A DNA stretch of 64,000 bases. Origin: Macrostomum lignano (lineage: Eukaryota). Location: the NCBI GenBank assembly GCA_002269645.1, contig NIVC01000157.1, forward strand, positions 248,001 to 312,000. The letters run 5' to 3'. A program made the position numbers and the translations under genes. Below the pieces are notes generated by a model, which was given only the letters and a program-made list of their open reading frames with translations, did not search any database and was not told the DNA's origin. The first letter of the stretch is position 1. Every line of letters starts with the position of its first letter. Below are positions 49,575-60,755 of this stretch, in pieces.

Positions 49575-50732
49575 CTTGTCAGTGTCACACAGGGTCAATT
49601 CTTAGTGTCACACTGGGATCTTGTCATGTCACACTGGGATCTTGTCATGTCACACTGGGATCTTGTTAGTGTCACACTGGGAACTTGTCATGTCACACTG
49701 GGATCTTGTCATGTCACACTGGGATCTTGTTAGTGTCACACTGGGTCATTAGTGTCACACTGGGTCATTAGTGTCACACTGGGTCAATTCTTAGTGTCAC
49801 ACTGGGAACTTGTCAGTGTCACACTGGGAACTTGTCAGTGTCACACTGGGAACTTGTCAGTGTCACACTGGGTCATTAGTGTCACACTGGGTCATTAGTG
49901 TCACACTGGGTCATTAGTGTCACACTGGGTCATTAGTGTCACACTGGGTCATTAGTGTCACACTGGGTCATTAGTGTCACACTGGGTCATTAGTGTCACA
50001 CTGGGTCATTAGTGTCACACTGGGTCATTAGTGTCACACTGGGTCATTAGTGTCACACAGGGTCAATTCTTAGTGTCACACTGGGAACTTGTCAGTGTCA
50101 CACTGGGTCATTAGTGTCACACTGGGTCATTAGTGTCACACTGGGTCATTAGTGTCACACTGGGTCATTAGTGTCACACTGGGTCATTAGTGTCACACTG
50201 GGTCATTAGTATCACACTGGGTCATTAGTGTCACACTGGGTCATTAGTGTCACACTGGGTCATTAGTGTCACACTGGGTCATTAGTGTCACACTGGGTCA
50301 TTAGTGTCACACTGGATCATTAGTGTCACACTGGGTCATTAGTGTCACACTGGGTCATTAGTGTCACACTGGGTCATTAGTGTCACACTGGGTCATTAGT
50401 GTCACACTGGGTCATTAGTGTCACACTGGGTCATTAGTGTCACACTGGGTCATTAGTGTCACACTGGGATCTTGTCAGTGTCACACTGGGATCTTGTCAC
50501 TGCCTCACTGGGATCTTATCAGTGTCACACTGGGATCTTGTCAGTGTCACACTGGGATCTTGTCAGTGTCACACTGGGATCTTGTCAGTGTCACACTGGG
50601 ATCTTGTCAGTGTCACACTGGGATCTTGTCAGTGTCACACTGGGATCTTGTCAGTGTCACACTGGGATCTTGTCACTGCCTCACTGGGATCTTGTCAGTG
50701 CCTCACTGGGATCTTGTCAGTGTCACACTGGC
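49575..50732 (+). repeat. 19/22-bp compound minisatellite (GTGTCACACTGGGTCATTA / CAGTGTCACACTGGGATCTTGT)
   Basis: Read directly. Confidence 0.95.
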
Positions 50733-51139
50733 TCACTGAACTGTATCTTGTCAATTCCCATCTACGTATCTGGTGAATATTTCAGGAGTTTCATTATTGG
50801 GAAAATAATGATAGCCTAATGAAAAATAATTATCTTTTGATGAAACTTTCATTTAGATTAGCTGGCGTGCGACATGCAGGTAAACAAGTCGAGACCTGAC
50901 TTAAGGCTTGAATTATTCATTTTTTGACGCATTGATTGAACTCCTGCAGGTAAGGGTATTCGATGCTTGAGCAGAATCATAGATTCAAAGCTGAGTTCTC
51001 TTGGGACACTTGAAACAGCATAATTCATATTGATTCCGCCAGCTTGTAAGCTTGAGCTTCTTTGTCAGACTACTGATATAGCCTACTACTAGTAGTGCGC
51101 AAGGATTCACATTCAAGTTGTTTGTACTGTCCTGCCTGC

Positions 51140-52065
51140 ATGCTTATCACTCATTCCGCATCACTCTTATCTGTCACTCAATCATTCCGCCACTCTATCC
51201 TTGTGTCACTCTATCATTGTGTCACTATCATTGTGTCACTCTATCATTGTGTCACTCTATCATAGTGTCACTCTATCATTGTGTCACTCTATCCTTGTGT
51301 CACTCTATCATTGTGTCACTCTATCATTGTGTCACTCTATCCTTGTGTCACTCTATCATTGTGTCACTCTATCATAGTGTCACTCTATCATTGTGTCACT
51401 ATCATTGTGTCACTCTATCATTGTGTCACTTTATCATGCTGTTACTCTATCATTGTGTCACTCTATCATGCTGTCACTCTATCATTCTGTCACTCAATCA
51501 TTCTGTCACTCTGTCATTCCGTCACTCTATCCTTGTGTCACTCTATCATTGTGTCACTCTATCATTGTGTCACTATCATTGTGTCACTTTATCATGCTGT
51601 CACTCTATCATTGTGTCACTCTATCATTGTGTCACTCTATCATTGTGTCACTATCATTGTGTCACTTTATCATGCTGTCACTCTATCATTGTGTCACTCT
51701 ATCATTGTGTCACTTTATCATGCTGTCACTCTATCATTGTGTCACTCTATCATTGTGTCACTCTATCCTTGTGTCACTTTATCATGCTGTCACTCTATCA
51801 TTCCGTCACTCTATCATTCCGTCACTCTATCCTTGTGTCACTCTATCATTGTGTCACTATCATTGTGTCACTCTATCATTGTGTCAATCTGTCATTGTGT
51901 CACTCTATCATTGTGTCAATCTGTCATTGTGTCACTCTATCATTCTGTCACTCAATCATTGTGTCACTTTATCATGCTGTCACTCTATCATTGTGTCACT
52001 TTATCATGCTGTCACTCTATCATTGTGTCACTCTATCATTTTGTCACTCTGTCATTCTGTCACTG
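51140..52065 (+). repeat. 16-bp minisatellite (GTCACTCTATCATTGT)
   Basis: Read directly; explains ORFs 51118..52124. Confidence 0.93.
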
Positions 52066-52319
52066 GGAATTTTCATTCCAGTGAGCTGAGGTGGGCCTGT
52101 GTGATTTCTCACATTCCAAAGTGATCCGCCGTCAGGAAATCCGATATGCTGCTGAGGCCTCGGCTATCTTTGGTCTCGACTAACCAAAGCAGATTTTAGG
52201 ACAGTGAGTCGATGGACTGAGCTATATTATAGGACGGAATGACCTGAGAATGGTGTAAACACATCCTGCTGTTGCTGCCTCTGTAGCATATTGATTTTGG
52301 AGGAAGCGCTTTGTCTAGT

Positions 52320-53272
52320 TGAGTCACTGGATGATGGAGTTACTGAATGATTGATTCACTGAATGATTGAGTCACTAAAAGATTGAATCACTATATGATT
52401 AGGTAACTGAATTATTGAGTCTCTAGATGATTGAGTCACTGAATGATTAAGTCACTGAATGATTGAGTCACTGAATGATTGAGTCACTTCATGATTGAGT
52501 CACTTCATGATTGAGTCACTGAATGATTAAGTCACTGAATGATTGATTCACTGAATGATTGATTCACTGAATGATTGAGTCACTGAATGATTGAGTCACT
52601 GAATGATTGGAATGATTGAGTCACTGAATGATTGGAATGATTGAGTCACTGAATGATTGATTCACTGATTTATTGAGTCACTGAATGATTAATTCACTGA
52701 ATGATTGATTCACTGAATGATTAAGTCACTGAATGATTAAGTCACTGAATGATTAAGTCACTGAATGATTAAGTCACTGAATGATTAGGTCACTGAATGA
52801 TTGATTCACTGAATGATTGAGTCACTGAATGATTGATTCACTGAATGATTGATTCACTGAATGATTGAGTCACTGAATGATTGATTCACTGAATGATTGA
52901 GTCACTGAATGATTGAGTCACTGAATGATTGATTCACTGAATGATTGAGTCACTGAATGATTGAGTCACTGAATGATTGAGTCACTGATTTATTGATTCA
53001 CTGAATGATTGAGTCACTGAATGATTGATTCACTGAATGATTAAGTCACTGAATGATTGAGTCACTGAATGATTGAGTCACTGAATGATTGATTCACTGA
53101 ATGATTGAGTCACTGAATGATTGATTCATTGATTGATTGAGTCACTGAATGATTGAGTCACTGAATGATTAATTCACTGAATGATTGAGTCACTGAATGA
53201 TTGATTTACTGAATGATTGAGTCTCTAGATAATTGAGTCACTAAATGATTGAGTCACTGAATGATTGAGTCA
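52320..53272 (+). repeat. 16-bp minisatellite (TGAGTCACTGAATGAT) upstream of the RFamide gene
   Basis: Read directly; many units contain TGAGTCA. Confidence 0.93.
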
Positions 53273-53615
53273 CAAGATGGTTTTGCGGCTGAGGAACTGT
53301 GTAACTGAGTAAGTGAATGAGCGACTGAGTGACTTCCGCGGACCGATCAAGAGACCACAATGCTGCATGAGACCTTCCTGCATGAGACCAGCAGCTGGAG
53401 GGCCTCCCCAGTAGAGTTGCTGGTGTCGCATTTTGATTCGCTGTCCCGTGCCTTCCTTAATCCGCTGTCATCATCAGATCCACTGCAAATTTTCGGAGGC
53501 TGAATCGTCTATTTAGGAGGCCGACCTGAGATGCAGCAGGTCTTCGCCCGCCGCGCTGAACCGAGAAAAATCGAAATCTACTTGAGAAACCTACAGATAA
53601 AGTACTGAAGCCGAC

Positions 53616-53666
53616 ATGACGCTACGAATCTTCTGCCTGCAGGTCAGTTATTTAGTTTGTTTGTTT

Positions 53667-53747
<81 letters not shown>

Positions 53748-54171
53748 CTAGCCAGTTAGTTAGTTAGGTTGGTCACTGTGTGCTGTTTCGCCCCTGCCGG
53801 GTCTTCAGGTACTTCTGGTGAGCCTGGTGGCACTGTCGATGATGGCTCCATCGCATTGCTCACGCGTCGACGAGCTGGAAGAAGACCAATCTGGAATCCG
53901 CCTGATCAGACCGCGGCATGCTTCGCTTGACAAGCTGGAGCGGAGTCTGTACCGCCTGCTGCTGACTTCGCCGGAGCATCGGAAACAAGGTGGAGCCGCC
54001 ACCGCCGCCGCCGCCAAGCAGCTCGCGGCCGCTCTGGCAGCTGAGGAGCCCGGAGAAGACGTGGTTCGAATTCGGTGAGGTTTTTATGACGAATTACAAG
54101 TATATTCGAGACGTTTGAAAAAACTAAATCACCAATTTATAACAAAACTGGTTACTTTCAGATTCGGCTGA
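53616..54171 (+). CDS. RFamide neuropeptide precursor (NPY/NPF- or sNPF/PrRP-superfamily-like), 100 aa; exons 53616-53642, 53809-54074 and 54162-54171
   Basis: Spliced product MTLRIFCLQ|VLLVSLVALSMMAPSHC-SRVDELEE...EHRK-QGGAATAAAAKQLAAALAAEEPGEDVVRIR|FG*: signal peptide, RK site, terminal RF-G amidation signal. Introns are GT-AG, phases 0 and 2; AATAAA at 54233. Confidence 0.85.
53660..53765 (+). repeat. (GTTA)n microsatellite in intron 1 of the RFamide gene
   Basis: Read directly. Confidence 0.9.
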
Positions 54172-55207
54172 ATCCAGTTCAAAGTTGGCTTGTTTCTAAG
54201 AAGTCTCTCGCACAATGTCACCAAGTTGAACTAATAAAGTACACGGCATGAACAGTTATTGTTCTGATGTAATATCTTTTTGCAATGTGATGAGCCCGCA
54301 ATTGTAAACAATTAATAAATAGTTGATCATTGGACTTTACCAGTCGGCGATCTTACTGTAGTGAGATCGATCGTTTCTGCACATCAATTGTGATTTTGCG
54401 AGGTGCCGTCAAAATTGGCTATTTTCAAGTTTTTTGTTTTAATGAAAGTTTCATTTTAAGATTTTATTATTTATTAATATTATTCAAATAATTTTGATTT
54501 AGTTAACACACAATACACGAGTCACGATAGAAGGTAGACTCATATTGAGAATTCAGAGCTATGTATTTGACAATTAATATTTGAGAATTAAAAGTTAAAT
54601 AACAATTAAAAATAAGAAGTTGATAATTATTTAAATTACGTATGTGGGATTCGTGATAAATACGCAGAATTACAATTTATAAAAATATCCTCAGAATAAC
54701 GATTAAACAAGCTGATACAGTTTGACACAGGCAGTAATTAAATATATAAATTTTCAATGTTCATTCTTTGTTTACTTCAGCTTCTAAAGAATATATTTTG
54801 AGCAACAAAGATATATAGGGTTAGGTAAAAAAAAATTTTTTGCCACTTTCGTGTCAGCAACTGCGGAATTAAATAAGTGCGTGCATGCAGCACATTGTTT
54901 TATAATGAACGTAAAATAGGAATTATAACAAACAAGCAAAATGGCGTCAAAATAGCTACTAAACGAGGAGACAAAGATCCAGAATATCTTTTTTTAAATC
55001 AAAAAATAAATGTTGCGTTTCTGTTACTTTTAATATATTATATGAGAAATACTTTTTATTTATAGGCAACTTCATTCATAAACAACATTTTTGGTTAGAG
55101 GCTTCAGTTAGTCGCAAAGTTTCTACATTAAAGTTGTCTTTGGGTAAAACTTTTTGATCATGTTGAACCTGAAACAGTTCAGCTGCTGCAGATAATCTCG
55201 GGTATAC

Positions 55208-58200
55208 TCAAATGTCCATCTTTTTCATTCGCTCCATCAGCAACTCTACAGCCCGGTCATTCTCCTCCTTGGACAGAACCGGCTGCCTCTCGCCGCGACC
55301 CCCTTGGTAGCTCTGTGGGATGGGAGCGAATCTTGCTGTTTCTACTTTTTCCCTATGAAAATGAAATGGGAACTTGAAAACAAATCAAAGAATAGTGTAC
55401 AAGTCAGCAAGAAGCAGTGCTGCGAGAAGACGTGGCTTTTAAATTTCTTGCTTTAACCATAGTGGTATATTAGCTTTGGCTGGTGAACTTTTTTTGACAG
55501 AAAGCTTTGCAATTTTAGAACACAGACATGAGGTTCTAGGATGGCTATTAGTGAGTCAAGATAACTCAGACTGAGATACAGATATTTACTCATGCAGCGA
55601 CAATGCTCTCAGGTGATGTGATCGTGAGTAGCCCTTTTATCTGAAACAGAGTTAAGAAAAAGTACATAATATCGCTTAAAACATGTTTTGCTTTGAGGCA
55701 GATGGCCTCTATTTTTAAAGACAAGACGCACATGTACTTTTAAAAGCACTTGTCGAGAATAAGATCGAATACTTGAAATCAAATTTTAATTTCTAGGATA
55801 GAGTAGTGGCACATAAAAGAATCTTAGATAGTAGCGGCACATCAAAGAATCTTAGATAGTAGCGGCACATCAAAGAATCTTAGATAGTAGCGGCACATCA
55901 AAGAATCTTAGATAGTAGCGGCACATCAAAGAATCTTAGATAGTAGCGGCACATCAAAGAACCTTAGATAAAAGCGGCACATCAAAGAATCTAGGATAGT
56001 AGCGGCACATCAAAGAATCTTAGATAGTAGCGGCACATCAAAGAATCTAGGATAGTAGCGGCACATCAAAGAATTTATCAAACTCACCACGCTGAAGGGC
56101 CTCGGGTTGAGACTCCGGGCGCTGGAACGAGCGCTGCTCATCCGTGACAAGGAGTGCTGGCCGTGCGCCTGTAGAATTCAGTTCGCACTTAATCATAAAT
56201 CATAATTACTCCGGAAAAATTTCGTAAAAAAATGATAATTGCGTATTACTCCTACCTCGGAATCCCATTCAAGATCCTCTTCATTCTCGCATTGGTTGAG
56301 AGCGGCCAGGTATTCTAAATGCGATAAATTAACGCATAATTTAGTAACAAATTGTTTGAGAACAATAATGTGTAAGGCAGGTGTCTTGACTCCCATTAGT
56401 TCAAGGACAACACTCGACACTAATGGATCGAGAGTCCCTGTAGCTATGCAAGTTCCGCGATCAACCATCCGTCTTTTCGAGTCTTTTCGAGTAGCTCTCT
56501 TAATATCCCAGCTTACGCCTAGTTCGAGACTTGACTCACAAAACTAGTTAAAAGACAGTTTTTACCTTTCTAGAACTGAGGTGTTGGATTCATGGGTTGC
56601 TGTGCCGCACCAGAGAGTCCCTCTTGCACGCACGCGACAGTGATGATATCAATCAAGATTAACTCAGCCTGAATAAATTGACATTTTACCCCCAAATAGA
56701 GCAATATGAAGTCCCTAATTCTCTTTTTCTACCTAATTCTAGTTCTCGATTAAATTCCATATCATAATCCCCAGTCTCACCCTTGCGCTTCTTGGGGTTG
56801 ATGATGCGAAAGATGCGAATCAGGCTGGCGCTGTCCTCCAGACCCGCGCCCCCGAAGATGTAGCACATGTGCCGGTGTATCCAGGCACCGTGGTGGATCA
56901 GGTTCTCCGGCTGCCCACCAGACGCTGGCAGAGCCGACGGCACCTTCCAAGTCCGCTTGTAGAGGCTGAACTTCATCAGCGGCTCCTGGACCGGGCCGCC
57001 ATCCGGGAACACGCAGTCGTTGTAACCCCCGAATAGGAACAGGTCCTTGAACTGGTGCGCGGTGAGGCTGTGCCCGGCTCGCGGCATCGGCAGCAGGTGA
57101 CCCTCGACTGGGACGCGCGACCACTGCAGGGTGGCTGCAGAAATCGGGAAATTATTCTGAATTGGCTACTGTAAGTAGAGGCCATTTGAACTTCAGCGCT
57201 TTCGATGCTTTATGAAGATTCAACTGACTGGAAAATATGGTATTTAGTTCAGCTGGAATCCATGCTAATGAAGCTGGAATCCATGCTAATGAAGCTGGAA
57301 TCCATGCTATTGAAGCTGGAATCCATGCTAATGAAGCTGGAATCCATGCTAATGAAGCTGGAATCCATGCTAATGAAGCTGGAATCCATGCTAATGAAGC
57401 TGGAATCCATGCTAATGAAGCTGGAATCCATGCTAATGAAGCTGGAATCCATGCTAATGAAGCTGGAATCCATGCTAATGAAGCTGGAATCCATGCTAAT
57501 GAAGCTGAAATCCATGCCATTTAAGCTGGTAACCATGCTAATGAAGCTGAAATCCATGCTAATGAAGCTGGAATCCATGCTAATGAAGCTGGAATCCATG
57601 CTAATGAAGCTGGAATCCATGCTAATGAAGCTGAAATCCATGCCATTTAAGCTGGTAACCATGCTAATGAAGCTGGAATTCATGCTAATGAAGCTGGAAT
57701 CCATGCTAATGAAGCTGGAATCCATGCTAATGAAGCTGGAATCCATGCTAATGAAGCTGGAATCCATGCTAATGAAGCTGGAATCCATGCTAATGAAGCT
57801 GGAATCCATGCTAATGAAGCTGGTAACCATGCTAATGAAGCTGGAATTCATGCTAATGAAGCTGGAATCCATGCTAATGAAGCTGGAATCCATGCTAATG
57901 AAGCTGGAATCCATGCTAATGAAGCTGGAATCCATGCTAATGAAGCTGGAATCCATGCTAATGAAGCTGGAATCCATGCTATTGAAGCTGGAATCCATGC
58001 TAATGAAGCTGGAATCCATGCTAATGAAGCTGGAATCCATGCTAATGAAGCTGGAATCCATGCTAATGAAGCTGGAATCCATGCTAATGAAGCTGGAATC
58101 CGCAATTTTGAACGTGCGGGGTCCATCTAGCTCAACCGTCAAGAACAGTTGACAAACACACATACATGCATCATCTCTGTGAGTCCCTGGCTATGAAACT

Positions 58201-60755
58201 ATTCATCCACTTTTTCCTTGTCTTTGAGTACCGGGGCCACTCACCAGTGTCCAGCTGGTGCAAGTCGTTGTAAAAGCAGCCCTGACCTCCGGTGCCTCCG
58301 AACACGTACAGGCTCTGTCCCACCGCAGCGGCCGCGTGTTCGCATCTGGGCGACGGCGGCGCGCCGCTGACCGTTGCCCGGTGCCAGTGCTGCGCCATGA
58401 TATCGTACACAAACGTCGTATTGCTAAGGACGCCGTTGCTATGGCCGCCGAATACAACAAGCTGCGATTCGATCATGTTGCTGGTGTTGTACACCTGCTC
58501 GGGCTCCTCTCCGCTGGCCTTGACGTGGGTCCACTTGCGCACCACTGCAGAGTTTATTTGCAGATTTTTGGGCTTTTCAACTTCGGAATGAAAAATTTAA
58601 GGATATCAACTCGGCTTTTAATACCTTAGGGGCGTCGATACCAGAGGCGCCAGCACCAGAGGCGCCAGCACCAGAGGCGCCAGCACCAGAGGCGCCAGCA
58701 CCAGAGGCGCCAGCACCAGAGGCGCCAGCACCAGAGGCGCCAGCACCAGAGGCGCCAGCACCAGAGGCGCCAGCACCAGAGGCGCCAGCACCAGAGGCGC
58801 CAGCACCAGAGGCGCCAGCACCAGAGGCGCCAGCACCAGAGGCGCCAGCACCAGAGGCGCCAGCACCAGAGGCGCCAGCACCAGAGGCGCCAGCACCAGA
58901 GGCGCCAGCACCAGAGGCGCCAGCACCAGAGGCGCCAGCACCAGAGGCGCCAGCACCAGAGGCGCCAGCACCAGAGGCGCCAGCACCAGAGGCGCCAGCA
59001 CCAGAGGCGCCAGCACCAGAGGCGCCAGCACCAGAGGCGCCAGCACCAGAGGCGCCAGCACCAGAGGCGCCAGCACCAGAGGCGCCAGCACCAGAGGCGC
59101 CAGCACCAGAGGCGCCAGCACCAGAGGCGCCAGCACCAGAGGCGCCAGCACCAGAGGCGCCAGCACCAGAGGCGCCAGCACCAGAGGCGCCAGCACCAGA
59201 GGCGCCAGCACCAGAGGCGCCAGCACCAGAGGCGCCAGCACCAGAGGCGCCAGCACCAGAGGCGCCAGCACCAGAGGCGCCAGCACCAGAGGCGCCAGCA
59301 CCAGAGGCGCCAGCACCAGAGGCGCCAGCACCAGAGGCGCCAGCACCAGAGGCGCCAGCACCAGAGGCGCCAGCACCAGAGGCGCCAGCACCAGAGGCGC
59401 CAGCACCAGAGGCGCCAGCACCAGAGGCGCCAGCACCAGAGGCGCCAGCACCAGAGGCGCCAGCACCAGAGGCGCCAGCACCAGAGGCGCCAGCACCAGA
59501 GGCGCCAGCACCAGAGGCGCCAGCACCAGAGGCGCCAGCACCAGAGGCGCCAGCACCAGAGGCGCCAGCACCAGAGGCGCCAGCACCAGAGGCGCCAGCA
59601 CCAGAGGCGCTAGCACCAGAGGCGCCAGCACCAGAGGCGCCAGCACCAGAGGCGCCAGCACCAGAGGCGCCAGCACCAGAGGCGCCAGCACCAGAGGCGC
59701 CAGCACCAGAGGCGCCAGCACCAGAGGCGCTAGCACCAGAGGCGCTAGCACCAGAGGCGCTAGCACCAGAGGCGCCAGCACCAGAGGCGCCAGCACCAGA
59801 GGCGCCAGCACCAGAGGCGCCAGCACCAGAGGCGCCAAAAACAAAATAATCACGCATTAGGAAACTGAAAAAATGGGAACAGAGGCGCCTCAACTGCTGC
59901 ATGGGTCGATAAATCAGCTGTCAGAAGAGCGCCATAATTTAAGCCAGCCAATTGAGAGGGGCCGTGACCCCCTTGCGGCTAGGCTACGTCTCTGCATGGC
60001 CTTATATTAGTCCTTGACATTGTACGGTAAGTGTAGCGCTTATGAGGGTCATACTGCATACAATTTCATATCATTGAAATGCAACACTAGAATTGCTTAC
60101 AAACGTCGAACTGGTAGGTTCCGGGAATGCAGGAGGCCTCATTAAGATTGCTCTTGCCGCCAAACAGGATTAATAAATTCTCGAATAGGCTGGAATTAAA
60201 AAAATACATTGTTAAAAATATATTTTTTTTCGTTCTGTCAATGACAGTTCTTAAGTTCAGATTTGTATTTTTCTGGTTGATAAAGTTGTGATAAAGTTAG
60301 CAAATTTACTACTACAAATAGTGCAAAAGGGGGCACTTACTGCAAGTGGTGATAGGCCCTGGCCTCAGGCACGTCTCCATGCCCTGACGAAATTTTCACA
60401 CATTTTAATCTTTGACTATCCTGAACTGAAAAAATGAATTTTATGATGCCAGCTGATAAGGAAGGTTATGTATAAATTCTTTTAAGATATTTGTCCATCT
60501 TTGAAAGCATTACTGCACAGAAATTTAATAATCAATTTAGTCCAATGTACCTGAGATTTTCCAGATGTCGTTGTAGAATGTGATTTTCTTTCCAGACTGG
60601 AAAATTGCAAAAACCAGATCAAAGTAAGGAATTTCCGCAGGAATGCATTAAGCAAGAAATTCTATCTTCAAAAATGTATTCTTACCTTCGAAAGCTTGAA
60701 CCCTCCGTGCAAATACAAATCATTATTCCTAGTCTCCGTTATAGCTGTGTTGTGT
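55208..60755 (-). CDS. Kelch-repeat beta-propeller protein (RABEPK/KLHDC-like), 5'-partial; exons 60755-60686, 60596-60551, 60425-60341, 60189-60101, 58544-58245, 57134-56781, 56168-56088, 55311-55208
   Basis: Phase-compatible GT-AG joins give HNTAI...LYLHGGF..FYNDIWKI...GDVPEARAYH...LILFGG..YQFDVLVRKW...LVVFGG...PSPRCEHAAAAVGQSLYVFGG...YNDLHQLDTATLQW...PMPRAGHSL...LFLFGG...CYIFGG...AVELLMERMKKMDI*: six kelch repeats plus a tail. The start exon was not located. Confidence 0.88.
55795..56075 (+). repeat. 28-bp tandem repeat (GATAGTAGCGGCACATCAAAGAATCTTA), intronic
   Basis: About 10 copies read directly. Confidence 0.9.
57250..58100 (+). repeat. 21-bp minisatellite (AAGCTGGAATCCATGCTAATG), intronic
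   Basis: Read directly; explains ORFs 57152..58163. Confidence 0.95.
58638..59836 (+). repeat. 15-bp minisatellite (CCAGAGGCGCCAGCA), about 80 nearly identical copies, intronic
   Basis: Read directly; explains ORFs 58577..59902 and 58618..59853. Confidence 0.97.

Noticed and set aside
57152-59902. Elastin/silk-like (ASGAG)n, (APLVL)n and (MKLES)n ORFs
   Set aside because: They are read-throughs of 15- and 21-bp arrays lying inside well-supported introns of the kelch gene.
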